58,916 bases of DNA, filler included, from Basidioascus undulatus (GCA_000826855.1; 6 parts of 6 records of this genome joined end to end with filler, not necessarily neighbours in it), one strand, 5' to 3'; shown: positions 1 to 12,639, numbered from the whole stretch's first letter. Made by a program: numbers and translations. The notes: generated by a model from the letters alone, not told the origin.

Positions 1-1994
1 GGCAAGGGTGGTAGGAGGGGGGAGATGTGATGCACCGCCTATCAACGTAATGTATGCACCGCGCGTGCTGCGCGGCCAACGGTCGCTTGGCTCACTCCTA
101 GAGCCATGTCGAGAAAGGTCAGTGTCAGTTACACCGATCCCCATCGGTTGTGGACAGGGTTCCTACCATTCCTTAGCCCAGACCTCGGGGCATTCCGTGT
201 CGTTGGGCGTGTTGCGCACGAGAGAGGCATACGGCTCGGGAAAGAAGCCCGCTTGCTGACGTACGATCACAGCGTCAGCATGCAGCCTGAGACCTTCTTA
301 TTTACAGTACAACGTACATGCTTCACATACAGCAGCCGCTCACGGTCTGTATAGTGAGGCGGACGCGGGTAAGCAGGCGTACGACCCGCGTACTGGCTTG
401 GGCGGGGGATGTAGTTGGTAGCAGAGAAGGTGGAGGAACCGGACGTGTCGGTCGAGCTGCGTGAAGGGGTGGACAGCTTCAGGCCCTCGAAGGACTCCTC
501 GAGGTCTACGTTGGTACGCCGCCAGCTGAACTGCCAGTACACGTCCTTCGTGCCGTCCGGGTGGTGCCGTTGCTGCGTGGACCTCTGGTGAGCAAGGCCC
601 TGACAAAGTGTTACGAATGAGCGCACTAGGCCGTAGAACAGCATGCAGTCTTTCTGCGACAGCCAGAATACCACCCCTGTGAGCAACCGGGCGCATTGTT
701 TCGAGAAATGGAGTCGTACCAATAGAATTGCCGCATGGGTTTTCGAGTGTCGCGAAAGGGCTTTCCATTCAGCTGCGGAAACGCGATGAGTGGCGGCGTA
801 GATTGTGATAGGAAGCGGTCGCACGACGCCGTCTTGCGGCCGGTTGTGGTAGATCTGCCGACGAACTGACGAGCACGGAGAAGGTGAGATTAATGCTCGA
901 CTGCAAAATGTAGAGAAAGGCTTACCCCGCGAGCTGGCGCCGTCCGCCCCCACCACGAGGCCTCCGCGTAACCGCGAACCATCCTCGAACGTAACCTCGA
1001 CCCCGCCGTCTTCTGGAAGAACCCGGTAGCTGCGGAAGGTCTTGCCGTACCAAGTCCGCAGGCGGTCGCCGTGCCCGAACAGCTTGCTGGATTTAAGTGA
1101 ATAGTACGGTAAGCTGCAAGCGTTCTACTCATGAAGGACCATTGTAACACGAACTTTCGGAAGACTGCGCGATTGACACGCAAAGCGTCCTTGCCTTCAA
1201 TTTCCGCTTGGATGATGCAGGACCCGTCACGTCCGTCAATGATGGCCTACGTGCACTCGTCGTAAGTGTCAATCAACTGTCATCTCGGTCTTCGGAGGCT
1301 ACTCACCGCGCTGGAGACGAGTTCTTCGGGATACGTAACACTGAAAAGCAGGTATGCATGTCAGTTGGACGATCCCGGCATGATGGACGACGAACACACC
1401 TCGAACGGATGCAGAGGGACAAATGGTCGTCCGTGAGACATTTCGCAAGACTGTCGAAGCCCCAAGAGAGCGTAAAAGCGAAGCCTTGAGGTCGATAGTC
1501 GGCACTGTCAAGCTGCGTCAGTCCGATGATTACCTGCAAACTCGGTGAGTGAGTCTTTGCAAACCTGAGGTCACGCTCGCATAGAACGAATGGGATGCCT
1601 GGGGTGGGTTCGAAAGAGATTAACCTGTGTCCCCATTTGGCTCGCCAGCAAACATGTACCTTCTTTGGAGAGGTAGTTCGCGAGAGCCAAGCCGCCGATC
1701 TGTCGCGTCCACAGTGTGCCACGGCCTCAGCCACCTAATACACCTCAGAATATGGTCAAGACGTACTCCAGCACCGATGATGATGATGCGCTCTCGAATT
1801 TCCAAGGGGCTCGCCTCGATATCAATGCTACCCAAGCTGGAAGGATAGACCGCAAAGGGGCGAGAGGGGGCTTCCTCCGGATCGCCGTCGATCCCAATGT
1901 GCGCCCAGCTCGAAAGAAGACGGCCCTGTTTACCAGTGATGCTGGGCGCCACGGTGACCCAGCCGCAACGCTTCTCGTCTGTCTCGTGTGGCAT
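1..1994 (-). CDS. FAD-dependent monooxygenase (aromatic hydroxylase type), multi-exon, 3' end runs off window
   Basis: Spliced translation gives all three FAD fingerprints: IIIIGAG|IGGLALA (GxGxxG), VTFEDGSRLRGGLVVGADGASSR|VRRQI (DG motif) and ITLIG[D] at the window start. Also ERDLSADYRPQGFAFTLSW. GT-AG introns keep frame; ATG at 1994. Confidence 0.9.
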
Positions 1995-3257
1995 TATTTC
2001 AGGGCTGTGTACGGGACCAAGCGCGATAGAATGGGAAGGTAGAGCGAAAAGACGAAGGTACGTGCACAGGTCGAGAAGCAGGCAGACAGGAGGCAACGCC
2101 TCGACGAAAGAGTAGTGGGATGACCTCTTAAGCCTGTACGATCAGCAAGGGGGAAGACCGGCTGTGCCGCCTCATTCCAATCAAAACGCCGCCCGAGGGC
2201 CGCCGTAATCGCCGGCGCAGGTTTTTTTGAGTCGGGCGGACGCGGAGGGCGAGTACAGTTTCTGTTCACGGAAGGTACCCGCGCATCGCGAAGCGGAGGG
2301 AAGACGCTTGGGGAAGACGCCCCTTACCGACTGTGTCTTCCTCACACATACTTACTGCCCAATACGAACAGGCGGGAAAAAATACAGCGCATGTCGGTGC
2401 TGCCTAGTCCTGCACGAGCGTCCGCGTGGCAGAGTTACAGCCAGGCACCCGGCAGACTTGCGACAGCGACGGCTCCAACAGCCCCAGACGCTCGTTGCGG
2501 CAAGAATTTTGAGCGGAAGGCACGACTTGACGACGATCACCGCGCCGATCCCACTTTATCACATCTTGCGCGTTTCTTAAAAGACTCCGCTTTTCTTACT
2601 CTCTTCAGCCCTGGGGGCATAGTTATCCCCTCCGAAATACTGAAAGCCACTGACGCAGTCGAGATGGCGTCTTGAGAAGACGCAGGAAGGATGCTTGGCT
2701 GTCAACTCTTGTGGTGGGGTCCCGTTTCAACCTCGGTCACGCACTGTGCTTTCCCAATTATGTTCCTGGGAATTTTGCCGTTGCGCAAGCACTGTAAACG
2801 TAATGGCACCCAGGGTATCGGCGAGGGAAAACACGTTGCCATATGTGTGGACGCAACCCACTCGCAAGTGTCGATACCGCTCTCTCGTTTTCATGGTCTT
2901 TGGGGCCGTGCTGCGGGTAGCGGGTCTTGCCTACCCAGGTTCCCAGAATACATAAGCCTCGTCTCAATATCACATCTGCGTCACCCGGATTTGCTTTGAA
3001 TTCAAGGAAAGAATCGAGTGACCTTGGAACTTCAGGTGAGGATTAGAAGTAAGTGCAGAACCAGTAGTATTTAATCCGCCGCGGCCTCAGCCTTTCAGAC
3101 TGAAACAAACCAAACTACTGGCACGGCGCCACTCCACACTTGGCCGTCAACCATCATCAGCTCTTCCCAGTTTCCCCGCTTGAACAACATCAACCCTCTT
3201 CTCGATTCCTCCAAACATTCCCGTACCTTTCCCCAGCAGTTTACGCAAGCAAGCACC

Positions 3258-3638
3258 ATGCTCTCCCGCGCCGTCCTCCCCCGCTCGATCTCATTCCGCA
3301 CCACCTCGCCCACTTGGCGCGTCCAGCCTGTTCACTTCGCCCCATTGGCCTCCAGCCGTTCCATCACCACGGAGACGCTCCGCATGATCGAGGCGCTCGT
3401 TCCGGGCGCAGGGATGGACCGCCGGCTGTTCTTTCTGGGCTGTTGCGTCCTCGGATCACTTAGTACCACAGCAGCGGGGTTCAACTGCTATGGCCGCCGC
3501 GTCCGGAAGCACATGGAGGAGACGATCGACCAGGCCCCCCGGAAGTCAGAAGGGCATCGCAAGCCGGTCTTCAAGTCGGACCGTAAGGTAGCGGCCCATG
3601 TTGAGGAGAGAAAGAAACCCATATCCGAGGGTCGGTAG
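3258..3638 (+). CDS. small hypothetical protein (126 aa) with mitochondrial-presequence-like N-terminus and one hydrophobic segment
   Basis: ATG in CACCATG context after a pyrimidine-rich leader and TATTTAA (~3068). N-terminus is Arg/Ser-rich and acid-free (MLSRAVLPRSISFRTT); hydrophobic LFFLGCCVLGSLSTTAAGF. No family recognised. Confidence 0.45.
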   Translation: MLSRAVLPRSISFRTTSPTWRVQPVHFAPLASSRSITTETLRMIEALVPGAGMDRRLFFLGCCVLGSLSTTAAGFNCYGRRVRKHMEETIDQAPRKSEGHRKPVFKSDRKVAAHVEERKKPISEGR

Positions 3639-4681
3639 TGAGGCAAGTTATTGGGAGATGACTCCGAAGGGCGGGCGGAGAGCCATGAGCGGGCTGGTAG
3701 GGCCCTGGCAAGGAAACTGGCTGGACAAAGGTGAATGTTCGTTCTTCGCGGACCCGATCTGAAGGTCTGCGAATCAAAGAGACTTCGACTCTTCGAACAC
3801 CGTCGTGTACACACATCTCGTCAGTCGTTGGCGTTATTCCTTTCGAGTTCATCGGACCCTTCCGCAACGGGCTTGGTGGCAATAGTGGAAAGCCGACATC
3901 CCACTGGCAAGTGGCGCGGCGGAAGACGAGATGCACATGCGTTGCAACTTCCTCCTGCCGCTCGTGCTATGATCCCATCTCAGCTGTTTAAGTCCAAAAC
4001 TTGACGGCGTTTCCGCGATACAAAAACTTGAGCTCTTTGTGCCCTTACTTACGTAGCGGGACCATCGAGCCTTTGAGAGTCGCAGCCAACCTAGTCAGCA
4101 CTGTATGCCTGCCGTCGCCCCTCTCACCCCCATCTGCCTTCATTCCCTCTAAAGCCAGAAGACCGAAGATATTAATGCATCGCGCAGGGCGGTTGACCAC
4201 ACTGAAACGTCTCAAGAAATAAAACTTGCAGCAATGTGTTGTCCTATCTAAGACGTACGCCTGCAAAGGCGTTGACACAGTTAGGACACATGAACGTTCG
4301 CGGGAGGCCTTGCGCTGTTGTGCAACGTAAAACGACTGCTCGAAGCCAAACTGCAACTCTCACGCGAGGACTGATTCTTAAGCGCGGGCGCGGTAAACTC
4401 TTCATCAAGACGGGGGACGACAGAACCCAACACCACCCAGCCCCATCGACAAGCAAACAGCGCCCCGACGATTCTACTCGCCCGAAGAGGGGACCCGGGA
4501 AGTCGGAGAAACAGCTTAGAGGTCAAAGAAAGAAAGTAATTGAGACAAAGCGCGCTAAGGAACAACTATTTGAGGCGAGACGACACGAAGGGTGGAGATT
4601 GCTTGGCGGGAAAGTGTTGTGTGGATGGGGTTTGGGGATGCGAAGGGATACGATAGAACCGGAAACGAAGAACCGAAGCCT

Positions 4682-6031
4682 TTACGCCTCGGGCGCGGCC
4701 TCGCCGGACGCCTCGGGGGCGGGCGCAGGCTCGTCCTCCTTCTTGGTCTCGGACTCCTGCTGCGGTCATGCCACAGCGTTAGTCTCTGAGCAGCGTCAAC
4801 TACCGGCCGCGAACAAGAAGCTCACCATGTCGCTCGTCCACAAGGTGAGGTTGTCGCGGAGGAGCTGCACAAGTGGAAACGTTAGACACCTCGTTCTCAA
4901 GATCCTTCCCCGGTTCGGATCGTCTTACCTGCATGATGAGCGTGGAATCCTTGTAGCTCTCCTCGGAGAGTGTGTCGAGCTCAGCGATGGCGTCGTCGAA
5001 CGCCTGCTTGGCAAGGTGACACGCGCGGTCGGGCGAGTTGAGAATCTCGTAGTAGAAGACCGAGAAGTTGAGGGCGAGACCGAGGCGAATCGGGTGGGTG
5101 GGCGGCAGCTCGGTGAGGGCAACGTCGGAGGCGGCCTTGTACGCCTCGAGGGACTTGTCGGCGGAGTCCTTGCGCTTGTCGCCGGTCGCGAACTCGGCGA
5201 GGTAGCGGTGGTAGTCGCCCTTCCTGTTAACCGTGAGAAACGTCAGCGGCGTCGACGCGATTGAGTGCACAAGCCGGTTTAAGGCCTCGTCGCAGCCCGA
5301 CACACCCCCTTCAGGGCGTGCAGAAGTCTGCGACAGGACCTGGTGCAGGCTACAAGGGCGATCGGGAAGATCGACGCACATCTTGTGGTAGAAGACCTTG
5401 GACTCGCCCGAGGCGGCCGAAGGGATGAGGTGCTTGTCGAGGACCTCGAGGATGTCCTCGCAAATCCGGGCAAGCTCGCCCTCAATCTGAACACGCCCGC
5501 GATCATGTCAGTTCTACGCGTTCGAGAGTAAGACGCATGTGGCTGTGTTCAACGCACCTTCTCACGGTAGCCCTTGATCATGGAGACCTGGGACTCATTG
5601 CCCTTCGACTCCTCCTTCTGCTCGATGGACGAAACAATCCTCCAGCTGGCACGGCGGGCACCCTGGTGAGGGCGCGTTGGGGGACGCGTCAGGGCACGCT
5701 CGGACCGCAGGATGCGGGGGAAAAAGAGCGCGTACGATGACATTCTTGTACGCGACGGAGAGCAGGTTGCGCTCCTCAACGGTGAGCTCCTGGTCGGACG
5801 AGGCGACACGCTTCATGCTCTCGACCATCTCTGCGCGACGGAACGAAAGCGCAAGATAGCGCGGTCAGCAAGCCCCTTGTATACCGCTGCCGTCCCGCGC
5901 TCCGCGCTCCGCCGCCCTGCCTCCTCGCGCCCTGAACTCGATCTGCTCGCCAAAACACACTCACCCTCGTAACGCTCAGCCTGCTCGGCGAGCTTGGCCA
6001 GGTAGACGCTGTCCTCGCGGCTCTCAGACAT
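4682..6031 (-). CDS. BMH1: 14-3-3 protein (7 coding exons; 5'-UTR intron 6032-6128 ends directly at the ATG)
   Basis: [97 protein letters not shown]. All introns GT-AG and in frame; TAA at 4682-4684. Confidence 0.99.
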
Positions 6032-6322
6032 CTGAGACAAAGGAAAACACCAGCCGACAACACGCGTTTCAGCTTGGCCTATCTCTCGCGCGCCTGTTTC
6101 CAGCGCCGACAGAGAGCGAACAACGCACGGTGAATTAGATGGTACGGTGGATGGGAAGCGAAGGAGGTGTTGATAGTTGGTGGAAGGCGAGGTACGTGCT
6201 GCGGGCGACAGGGGAGGCGCGTGACGTGGGCTGTCAGTATCGGTGCTCGTGTGGAGCGGAGAAGACCCGCCGCTGCGTCTCCCGCCCGCGAACCGGCGCA
6301 GAATGGACGCGGCAATTGCATC

Positions 6323-6422
6323 NNNNNNNNNNNNNNNNNNNNNNNNNNNNNNNNNNNNNNNNNNNNTTAATTAATTAANNNNNNNNNNNNNNNNNNNNNN
6401 NNNNNNNNNNNNNNNNNNNNNN
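6323..6422. other. artificial contig linker N44-TTAATTAATTAA-N44
   Basis: Identical 100-bp unit at all five gaps; the core carries stop codons in all frames. Confidence 0.98.
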
Positions 6423-7741
6423 TGAGGGTTACGAGACGGGAAAGGGCGGAGAGCGTTTGGGGGAGGGGCGTGCCGGGCGCGGGGTAGGGGGGGAAATGAG
6501 GGACTGCCGGACGGTAAGAAGTCAGCTAAGAAGTTAGTGATCTAATCAGGACGCAAGGAAGTAAAGAAGGAGAAAAACGGCGAAGATGGGGGTGTAAGGG
6601 GGAAGGAGAGGAAGAAGGACCAGAACGAAGACGCACTCTTCTCCTTCAACTCGACCCTCAGCTCCCGCTTCGTAGCGCCCAAGAACCGCCTCCAGCCGCC
6701 TCCCCACCGCTGGACGTGCACCGCGCCCATGGCGACGTGAGCGCCCGCCCACCCGCTCTCCCAGCTGTCCTGGAGCCAGGCCTGCACAGCGCGGACGTCC
6801 ATGCCTGGCGCGAGCGAGAGGCGGAGGGTGATGTTGAGGGGGGTGAGCCAGGCTGGGTCGGGGTCGCCCGAGGGGGAGGAGTTGGCGGAAGAGATGGAAG
6901 AGATGGTGCTGGTGGTGGAGGAGGAGGAAAATGATGATGAGGGGGAGGAGGAGTTCACACCGGTGGAGAGCGGGAGGGAGATGGGGTGCGGGATGGAGAT
7001 GGTTCCGAGCGCGTGGGAGCCGGCGGTGCTGTACCCCGGCGTGAAGAGCTCGACAGGCTCGGGAAGGGAGACGGTCACGCCGCCCAGGAAGCCAACGCCC
7101 CACCGCCCGAGCTTAAACCTCAGGCGCGGGAGCCATCCGCCTCGCTCGTCGACAAACCCGCCTCCAACGCCCATCGCTCGATCCGCATCGACACCCGCAC
7201 TAACGGTGACCCACAGACTGACGCCCTCGTCGCCCACCTCCTGCACCTGCACCTGCTTCACCCGTCCCAGCACCACACTGCGCCTGAGTGCCTCCTGACT
7301 AAACGGCCTCGCGCTCTCCTTCGCGGGCGGCGCGCCCGCGCGCATAAGCACCTCCGCGGCGAGGAGAGCGAGGCACAGCCCGAAGAGGGCGAGCCACAGG
7401 CCGGTGATGCAGCATGTCCAGGTCCTGCGGCGGGTGCCCTGCCTCCGCGTTGGATGGGACGCGCGATGGAGGGAGGAGCGCAGGGTGGGCGGGGGCGTCT
7501 GCCAGGGGACGTTGGAGAGCCCTTGCGGACCGAAGAGCGAGGCACGGCCGTGGTGCGTCGGATGCGGCGGGCCGGTGGGCTGGAACGAGTGCGTTGAGGA
7601 TGTGGGTGAGGAGGGGAGCGCGGACGTTGAGGTCCCGGCGGTGGGGGCGGAGGAGGAGGTTGAGAGCAGCGGGGAGCGCTCGGAAGGGTGCACGGCTTTG
7701 CCCTTGTCTGATGGGCGACGCTCGGACGGCGATAGCGACAT
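6423..7741 (-). CDS. Tag1-like / DUF3712-type type II vacuolar membrane protein, N-terminal part
   Basis: ERSPLL dileucine-type motif, Ser/Pro-rich N-tail, one TM (CCITGLWLALFGLCLALLAAEVL), then a beta-rich lumenal region. Intron donor GTGCGT at 6636; next exon PHFPPYPAPG...LSRLVTL is cut by the gap. Confidence 0.65.
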
Positions 7742-9199
7742 CGCGGCTCCGGATAGCGAGCAGGTTAGTTGAAATAAAGATTCTGGCGCTGGGGATGGAG
7801 CAGGATGGGGAGAGCGACAGGAGGAGGTCAGGAGTCAAGAGCAAGAGCCCCACAATCGCGGATGCTTTCTTGCCGGCGCGGGAATCCCGCTCATACAAAC
7901 CGGGACTCGCTCGGGCTTCATGCAAACGCCTGCCAGGCATACAATCGACTGAGAGCTGTTGAGTGCCAGTCGTCACAGTGTCAATGATCCGGGGCTGTAT
8001 GGAGGAAGCAGCGGAGGTGGTACGAAAGGGGCAGTTGAAGAGGTCGTTCCAGACGCTGTGGACAAGGTACAGCAGCTCCATCAGCGTCGGCACGACACTT
8101 CGCGCAACGCGGAGGCGTTCGTTGGCTGCCTTTCAGTTAGCTCAGAGGCAATAATTAGAAGAGTTATAAATTAAGCTGACTTGGAAGAAGTTGTATGCCA
8201 GGCTGCGTGCCAGCGGTGAACGGCGTGTGAACTACTTCGGAAAATCGAGCACGTGCGTCTCGTGTAAAGTCTGCGTGGAAGACCACTGGCGGTATAGGAG
8301 AAGAATACCTAGTCTGAACGTTCAAATTGAGAGGGGAAACTAAAGAAACTTGCATCTACTCTGCCGGCGGCACAACAATGCTTGGGCAGTCGATGAAAGT
8401 GGCTGCAGTGCGCTGCCGCCCTGCGGGCGTTGCTTTCTCAATAGCGCTTCCAGATCGACAGCGGGTGAACCCCTTCCAACGAGAACATATTCACCTGCGA
8501 AGTTCCAGCAAGAAGTCTATTATCCATTCCGTCAATTCAGGACGGGGGGCCAACGACCGCCCCACGCCCCGGCTCCCTTTCACGCAGAGCAGACCCACCG
8601 CGTCCTCTCACGCCCGTCCGCAAACCTTCGGCAGCCCAAGCCCCGGATCAAGTAGATACCTAGCTGAAGGTGACAGGCTTAAATGATGTAAAGGCGAAAC
8701 GCGTCGGCGAGTTACTCGTTGAGTGCAAGCCGAGCGTGCATGCCGGGAGCTGCCACCCTGCCCAGTATAGTTCCTACACGCAAAACTCTGTGGCTTTTTC
8801 TCTGGAAACGAGCTTCAGTGTGCTGTGCGAGCGTCCTTCTGGAAGTTGAAATGTCGTAGCCAAGAACTGCGTCGCACGGTTTCAAGCCGAAAAACGCAAA
8901 ACCTGTAAACCTCGTCGTGATATTCTCCACGAATTGTCAGCTGAACTCCTGGCTTGTTCACGGTAAAAGATCTTATAAATTCTATGCTGCCCGACAATTG
9001 ACTTGAATCTCGTGATTCTGTCAGACAGCTGGCAGCACTCCAGCCCGTCAACTCGGACTTCCCTGCTACGGTGCTCAGCCGAGAGACAAGTCGAGAGGCG
9101 AGGAATGAAGCATGAGGGCCCAAGGATGAAACTTTCAAACAGGGAGGGACAAATGCGGTGAGCGTCGCAGTTGGCGGCATGCAGCAACGATAGAAATGA

Positions 9200-10215
9200 T
9201 GGCTCTTCAGCGAACTAGTGGCTCCTGTGTGATTTGCGAAAGAGTGCAGCCCATTTCTGGAAGGAGAACGGCCGCCAAGTAGTCCCTTCAGCGGGGGGCG
9301 GGCGAGAATGGTCAAGAGGTACGTGTACCAGTCCCCTGGGGCTTTGCAGCGGTCCGGTCCGCGCTCGTTGGGGAGACGGATGCCCAGGCATGCTGCGCGA
9401 CGATGGCCGAGAAGCACGAGCGCGTTGCGGATGAGGCGCGAGGGGCTGGTCAGAGCGAAGAGGTCGCTCCGAGGTGCAGGAGAGGCGCAGGTGGTCGAGG
9501 ATGCAGGTGGAGGATGCAGGTCGAGGATGCAGGTCGGGATATCCAGGTCGAGATGTCCAGGTCGAGACATTCGAAGGTCGAGAGCGCTGTTGGAGCAGTC
9601 GAGACTGACAGTCGCGCTGAGGGTTGCGAGCCTGCAAACAGTCATAGGGCGAATTCAGCAACGGAAATCCACGATTAAATGCAGCCTTAGCAGAGCTCAG
9701 ATCCAGACGTACCGTCGCAAGCGCCTTCTTCGCAAGCTGCACACGGCGCCGATTGCCGCCGTCGAGGAGCCCGAGGATCTTTCCAGAAGCGTTAACCTCG
9801 AGCTTAGATGTGATCTCCGCGATCGCGGTGAGCGTGTCGGGCGACTTGAGGGGTCCGACAGCCCGACGAGGGCGAGGAGGATATCGGCGCAGGCGGAGTG
9901 GAAGAAGGGCGCCGAAGCGTCCAGATCTAATGTCCAAAATTCATCTGAATTAAGGAGAAGACTGAAGAGACGCTTGAGAGGGGCTGGGACGTACAAGAAG
10001 TTCACAGTGGCACCTCCGTCCTTCTTAGGACGACAACCAATAACGCTCTCCGCAAGTGGAACGGCTATAAATATGCCCTTTCTGCTGTCCAACTTGATGT
10101 GAGTGGTGTTATGAAGGAACGCCTTGTCTTCCGATGTGAGCTTGGGCCGCGTGGGAGGGCTCGAGGGGTTCAGGAAGGGCGCAGAGCAGACGCCGCAGAG
10201 GAAGTAAGCGGACAT
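9200..10215 (-). pseudogene. degenerate hypothetical gene (CxxC at N-terminus)
   Basis: ATG at 10215 (MSAYFLCGVCSAPF) after a CT-rich tract. The protein-like frame needs a +1 base in the C4 run (G4 at 9850-9853). GTACGT..TGCAG intron ~9631-9712, then a minisatellite whose units are not multiples of 3. The 3' boundary is uncertain. Confidence 0.35.
9497..9582. repeat. degenerate 13-14 bp minisatellite (GAGGATGCAGGTC-like, about 6 units)
   Basis: gaggatgcaggtg / gaggatgcaggtc / gaggatgcaggtc / gggatatccaggtc / gagatgtccaggtc / gagacattcgaaggtc. Confidence 0.8.
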
Positions 10216-10316
10216 GCTGGCGACAAGAGAGGTTTCTGTGTGCTGGGGAGTATGTGGGGCCGGGAGGGGGGTAGGATAAAAAGCCTGGTTATTACAGAGT
10301 GGATGGTGGAGAGGAT

Positions 10317-10362
10317 GAGGAGGAGGAGGAGGAAGAAGAGGAGGAGGAGGAAGAGGAGGAGG
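10317..10362. repeat. (GAG/AAG)n trinucleotide microsatellite
   Basis: Direct reading; forms a pyrimidine tract upstream of the minus-strand ATG at 10215. Confidence 0.85.
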
Positions 10363-11463
10363 GAGTCGCCGTAAAAGGGCGGTAGTCTTGCGCAACTGAC
10401 GCTCTGCTGTCTTCGCCGCTCCTCCGCACATCGCACCGGGTGAACCACACCGCTTGAAGTTTGTCAGTACAGATGAAATATCAAAGGCTTCCTCAATCCG
10501 AACTAGGTCATTAAGGGGCACTTTCTGTTGTGCTGCGTTAATGGGGCTAAGCCCTCTGATAGTAGACTCGACACACTGCAAACGACCAAGTATGTGTACT
10601 AGTACCTTGGATGTCTAAAAGCCATCGGTAATTTTTCTTCCCCTTGCCTGCCCCTGGGCCCGGGCGAGGGGGAAGGTGGGAAGAGGATGCGCTCAGCTGG
10701 CTCTTGGGGGTGTCCGCGCGGGTCCGTCGAGGGAGATGAGGGATTGATCGATAGCCCCTTGAGGCCTTTACTGAGGGTAGAGAATTTGATTGGGCTTCTG
10801 CACTGGCACCCCAGGTCGGCCATGCTGGGCTGCCTGTGGGGCGAAAGGCAAAGTCCACTTGCACCTTTCGCTTGCGTGTCCTTTACGGACGTGGAGGCGA
10901 CAGTTCCGTTGCATTAACATATGGTTGTTTAAAGAGTTTCAGGGATTGTGCCCACCCCTCTGAGCGCTCTTAGAAGGGATGTCCACGTATGTTGTACGGC
11001 CCTGCTCCAGCGCGTCAGCGGTACGAACTCGAGGAGCGACTGCTGCAACTGCTTCAACGAAACGGCCCCAGTGACCTGTTACGGTAGTCATGGTGATATA
11101 ACTTGGGCACTATTTTCTTGGGGGTCATCTAAAATCACTTCCGAAAGGCCGCAGTTCCGCCCTATGAGCTGCACTGCACTGCTTAGCTATGTCAGGCGCG
11201 AATTTGGAAGAGTTTCCCTGCTTCATGCGAGTCCAGGTGGATTATTTAGATAGTGCGCCAATCACTCAGAGATGTCTTCGTGTCTCATCCCGAGCCCATG
11301 AATTTTGATCAGACAATTGGATAAGACTATCTGTTGTTGGCGCAGTAGTGGAAGGTTCGGGAGGCGCACGACAACATTGCGCATTGAAAAGAAACGGCAA
11401 TGTTCCAGGATCATACCCAAGAGAAAGGATTAATGCAAGAGATAATCGAGATAGTGAGGTTAT

Positions 11464-12058
11464 CTACTGCTGGCGGATGCCGTTGTCCTGTCTGGCCTGA
11501 ACAGCCCCGTCCTTGGGGCCCGGGACGTTGCAGAAGTTGGGCGGGAGGGTAAAGGGAATGTTGTAGATCTTGCCATTGAGGTTCGAGTTGTACTGAGAGC
11601 AGTAGCCGTTCGTCCTGACGTTGACTGTGAGGGAGGGACACAGCGGTGTAGTGAATGTGGTGGTCAGATCAGTATTGGTGCAATGCCACAAACAAGGAAA
11701 GCGAAGGAAAGCTGGGGACTGACAAAGCTGGACTCCGAAGGTTGTGCCGTCGGCGCGGAAGAAGTTGGGGTTCCCAATAGCATCGTTCCCGTTGCCATTG
11801 ATGAAGTTGTTCTAGATCGCGCCCTCCGCTGTGCAGTTTGCATGTCGCAAATGAGTGGAACAACTCAGCGGCTCGACCTTCAACGTCAAAGGTGGAAATG
11901 AATCTTACAGCTGTTTTCATGGATCGTCATGCAGCGCGTCGCGGCGTTCGCCCCGCCTGCAAACCGCCGTTGGACTAAGGAACGGAGCAGATGGCGAGGC
12001 TGGATCGGGCACGCACCTTCGGCGTTCGTGTTCTTGGGCTGCTCGTCACAGCTCCAGT
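11464..12058 (-). pseudogene. NucA/NucB-family deoxyribonuclease remnant (C-terminal four exons, in-frame stop)
   Basis: Spliced: WSCDEQPKNTNAEG|GANAATRCMTIHENS|SEGAI*NNFINGNG...FGVQLF|NVRTNGYCSQY...QQ*. The CDE-P..EGG..C..EN signature matches NucA/NucB. TAG at 11812-11814; no recognisable 5' exons before the neighbouring gene. Confidence 0.7.
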
Positions 12059-12231
12059 CTGTGTAGTTAGAGACTAAAACGCTCGGTCACAGGGTGCAGC
12101 GAGCCAGCGGGTTGGGCTCATAGGATCGAACAAAACAGGCTTCTGCGGTGTCCAGCAAGTCCATAAATAGCACAAATCCCCGAGAGCTTGTCTATATCGT
12201 TACGTCGTAGCTTCAGTGATATACGAACGCT

Positions 12232-12639
12232 CTAGTCCAACCCGATCTTCTCCAGCACCTCCCGCATCTTCCCTTCCTCCCCAAGCACCTCAAAGTGCCC
12301 GCCCACCACGTCACTCAAATCCACATCCTCGACGCCCGCACCCTTCCCGGCGCCCGTCTCTCCGCTGACGGGCCCAAGCCCCGCAACGCGCACGCCCTCG
12401 CGCGGGTCGCGGAACGCGACGACCTCGTGCAGCCTGCAGACGAGCGCTAGAACGGCGTCCTGCGGCGCGTAGGCGTTGACCAGGCGGTCGGCGGTGAAGG
12501 ACCGAAGATGTGCCCATTGTTGGGGGTTCGGCGCGAAGGGGAGGGAGATGAGGATTAGGGAGGAAAGCGGCGGGGTGCGCGGGGCCGGGAGGGAGAGCAA
12601 CGCATGCACGAGCGTGAGGGAGCCGAGAGAGTGGCCAAT
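12232..12639 (-). CDS. DUF726 (TMCO4/Mil1-like) alpha/beta-hydrolase-fold protein, last exon
   Basis: IGHSLGS lipase-like motif, RLVNAYAPQDAVL, VAGLGPV, VEDVDLSDVVGGH. Acceptor at 12640; upstream part lost in the gap. Confidence 0.85.
   Translation of the reverse strand: MGHSLGSLTLVHALLSLPAPRTPPLSSLILISLPFAPNPQQWAHLRSFTADRLVNAYAPQDAVLALVCRLHEVVAFRDPREGVRVAGLGPVSGETGAGKGAGVEDVDLSDVVGGHFEVLGEEGKMREVLEKIGLD

Noticed and set aside
1505..1564. Internal CAG|GTAATC in a monooxygenase intron as a recursive splice site
   Set aside because: The sub-introns would be only 31 and 29 nt, and single-step splicing already restores the frame.
4236..5264. 342-aa plus-strand ORF (likewise 21296-21916, 40253-41224, 6986-7597)
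   Set aside because: Antisense shadows of GC3-biased real genes; no independent protein features.
6367..6378. TTAATTAATTAA as a piggyBac target site or biological palindrome
   Set aside because: It is embedded in symmetric N-runs and identical at all five gaps; synthetic linker.
9497..9582. Short repeats as a CRISPR-like array
   Set aside because: Units abut with no spacers and the context is eukaryotic; ordinary minisatellite.
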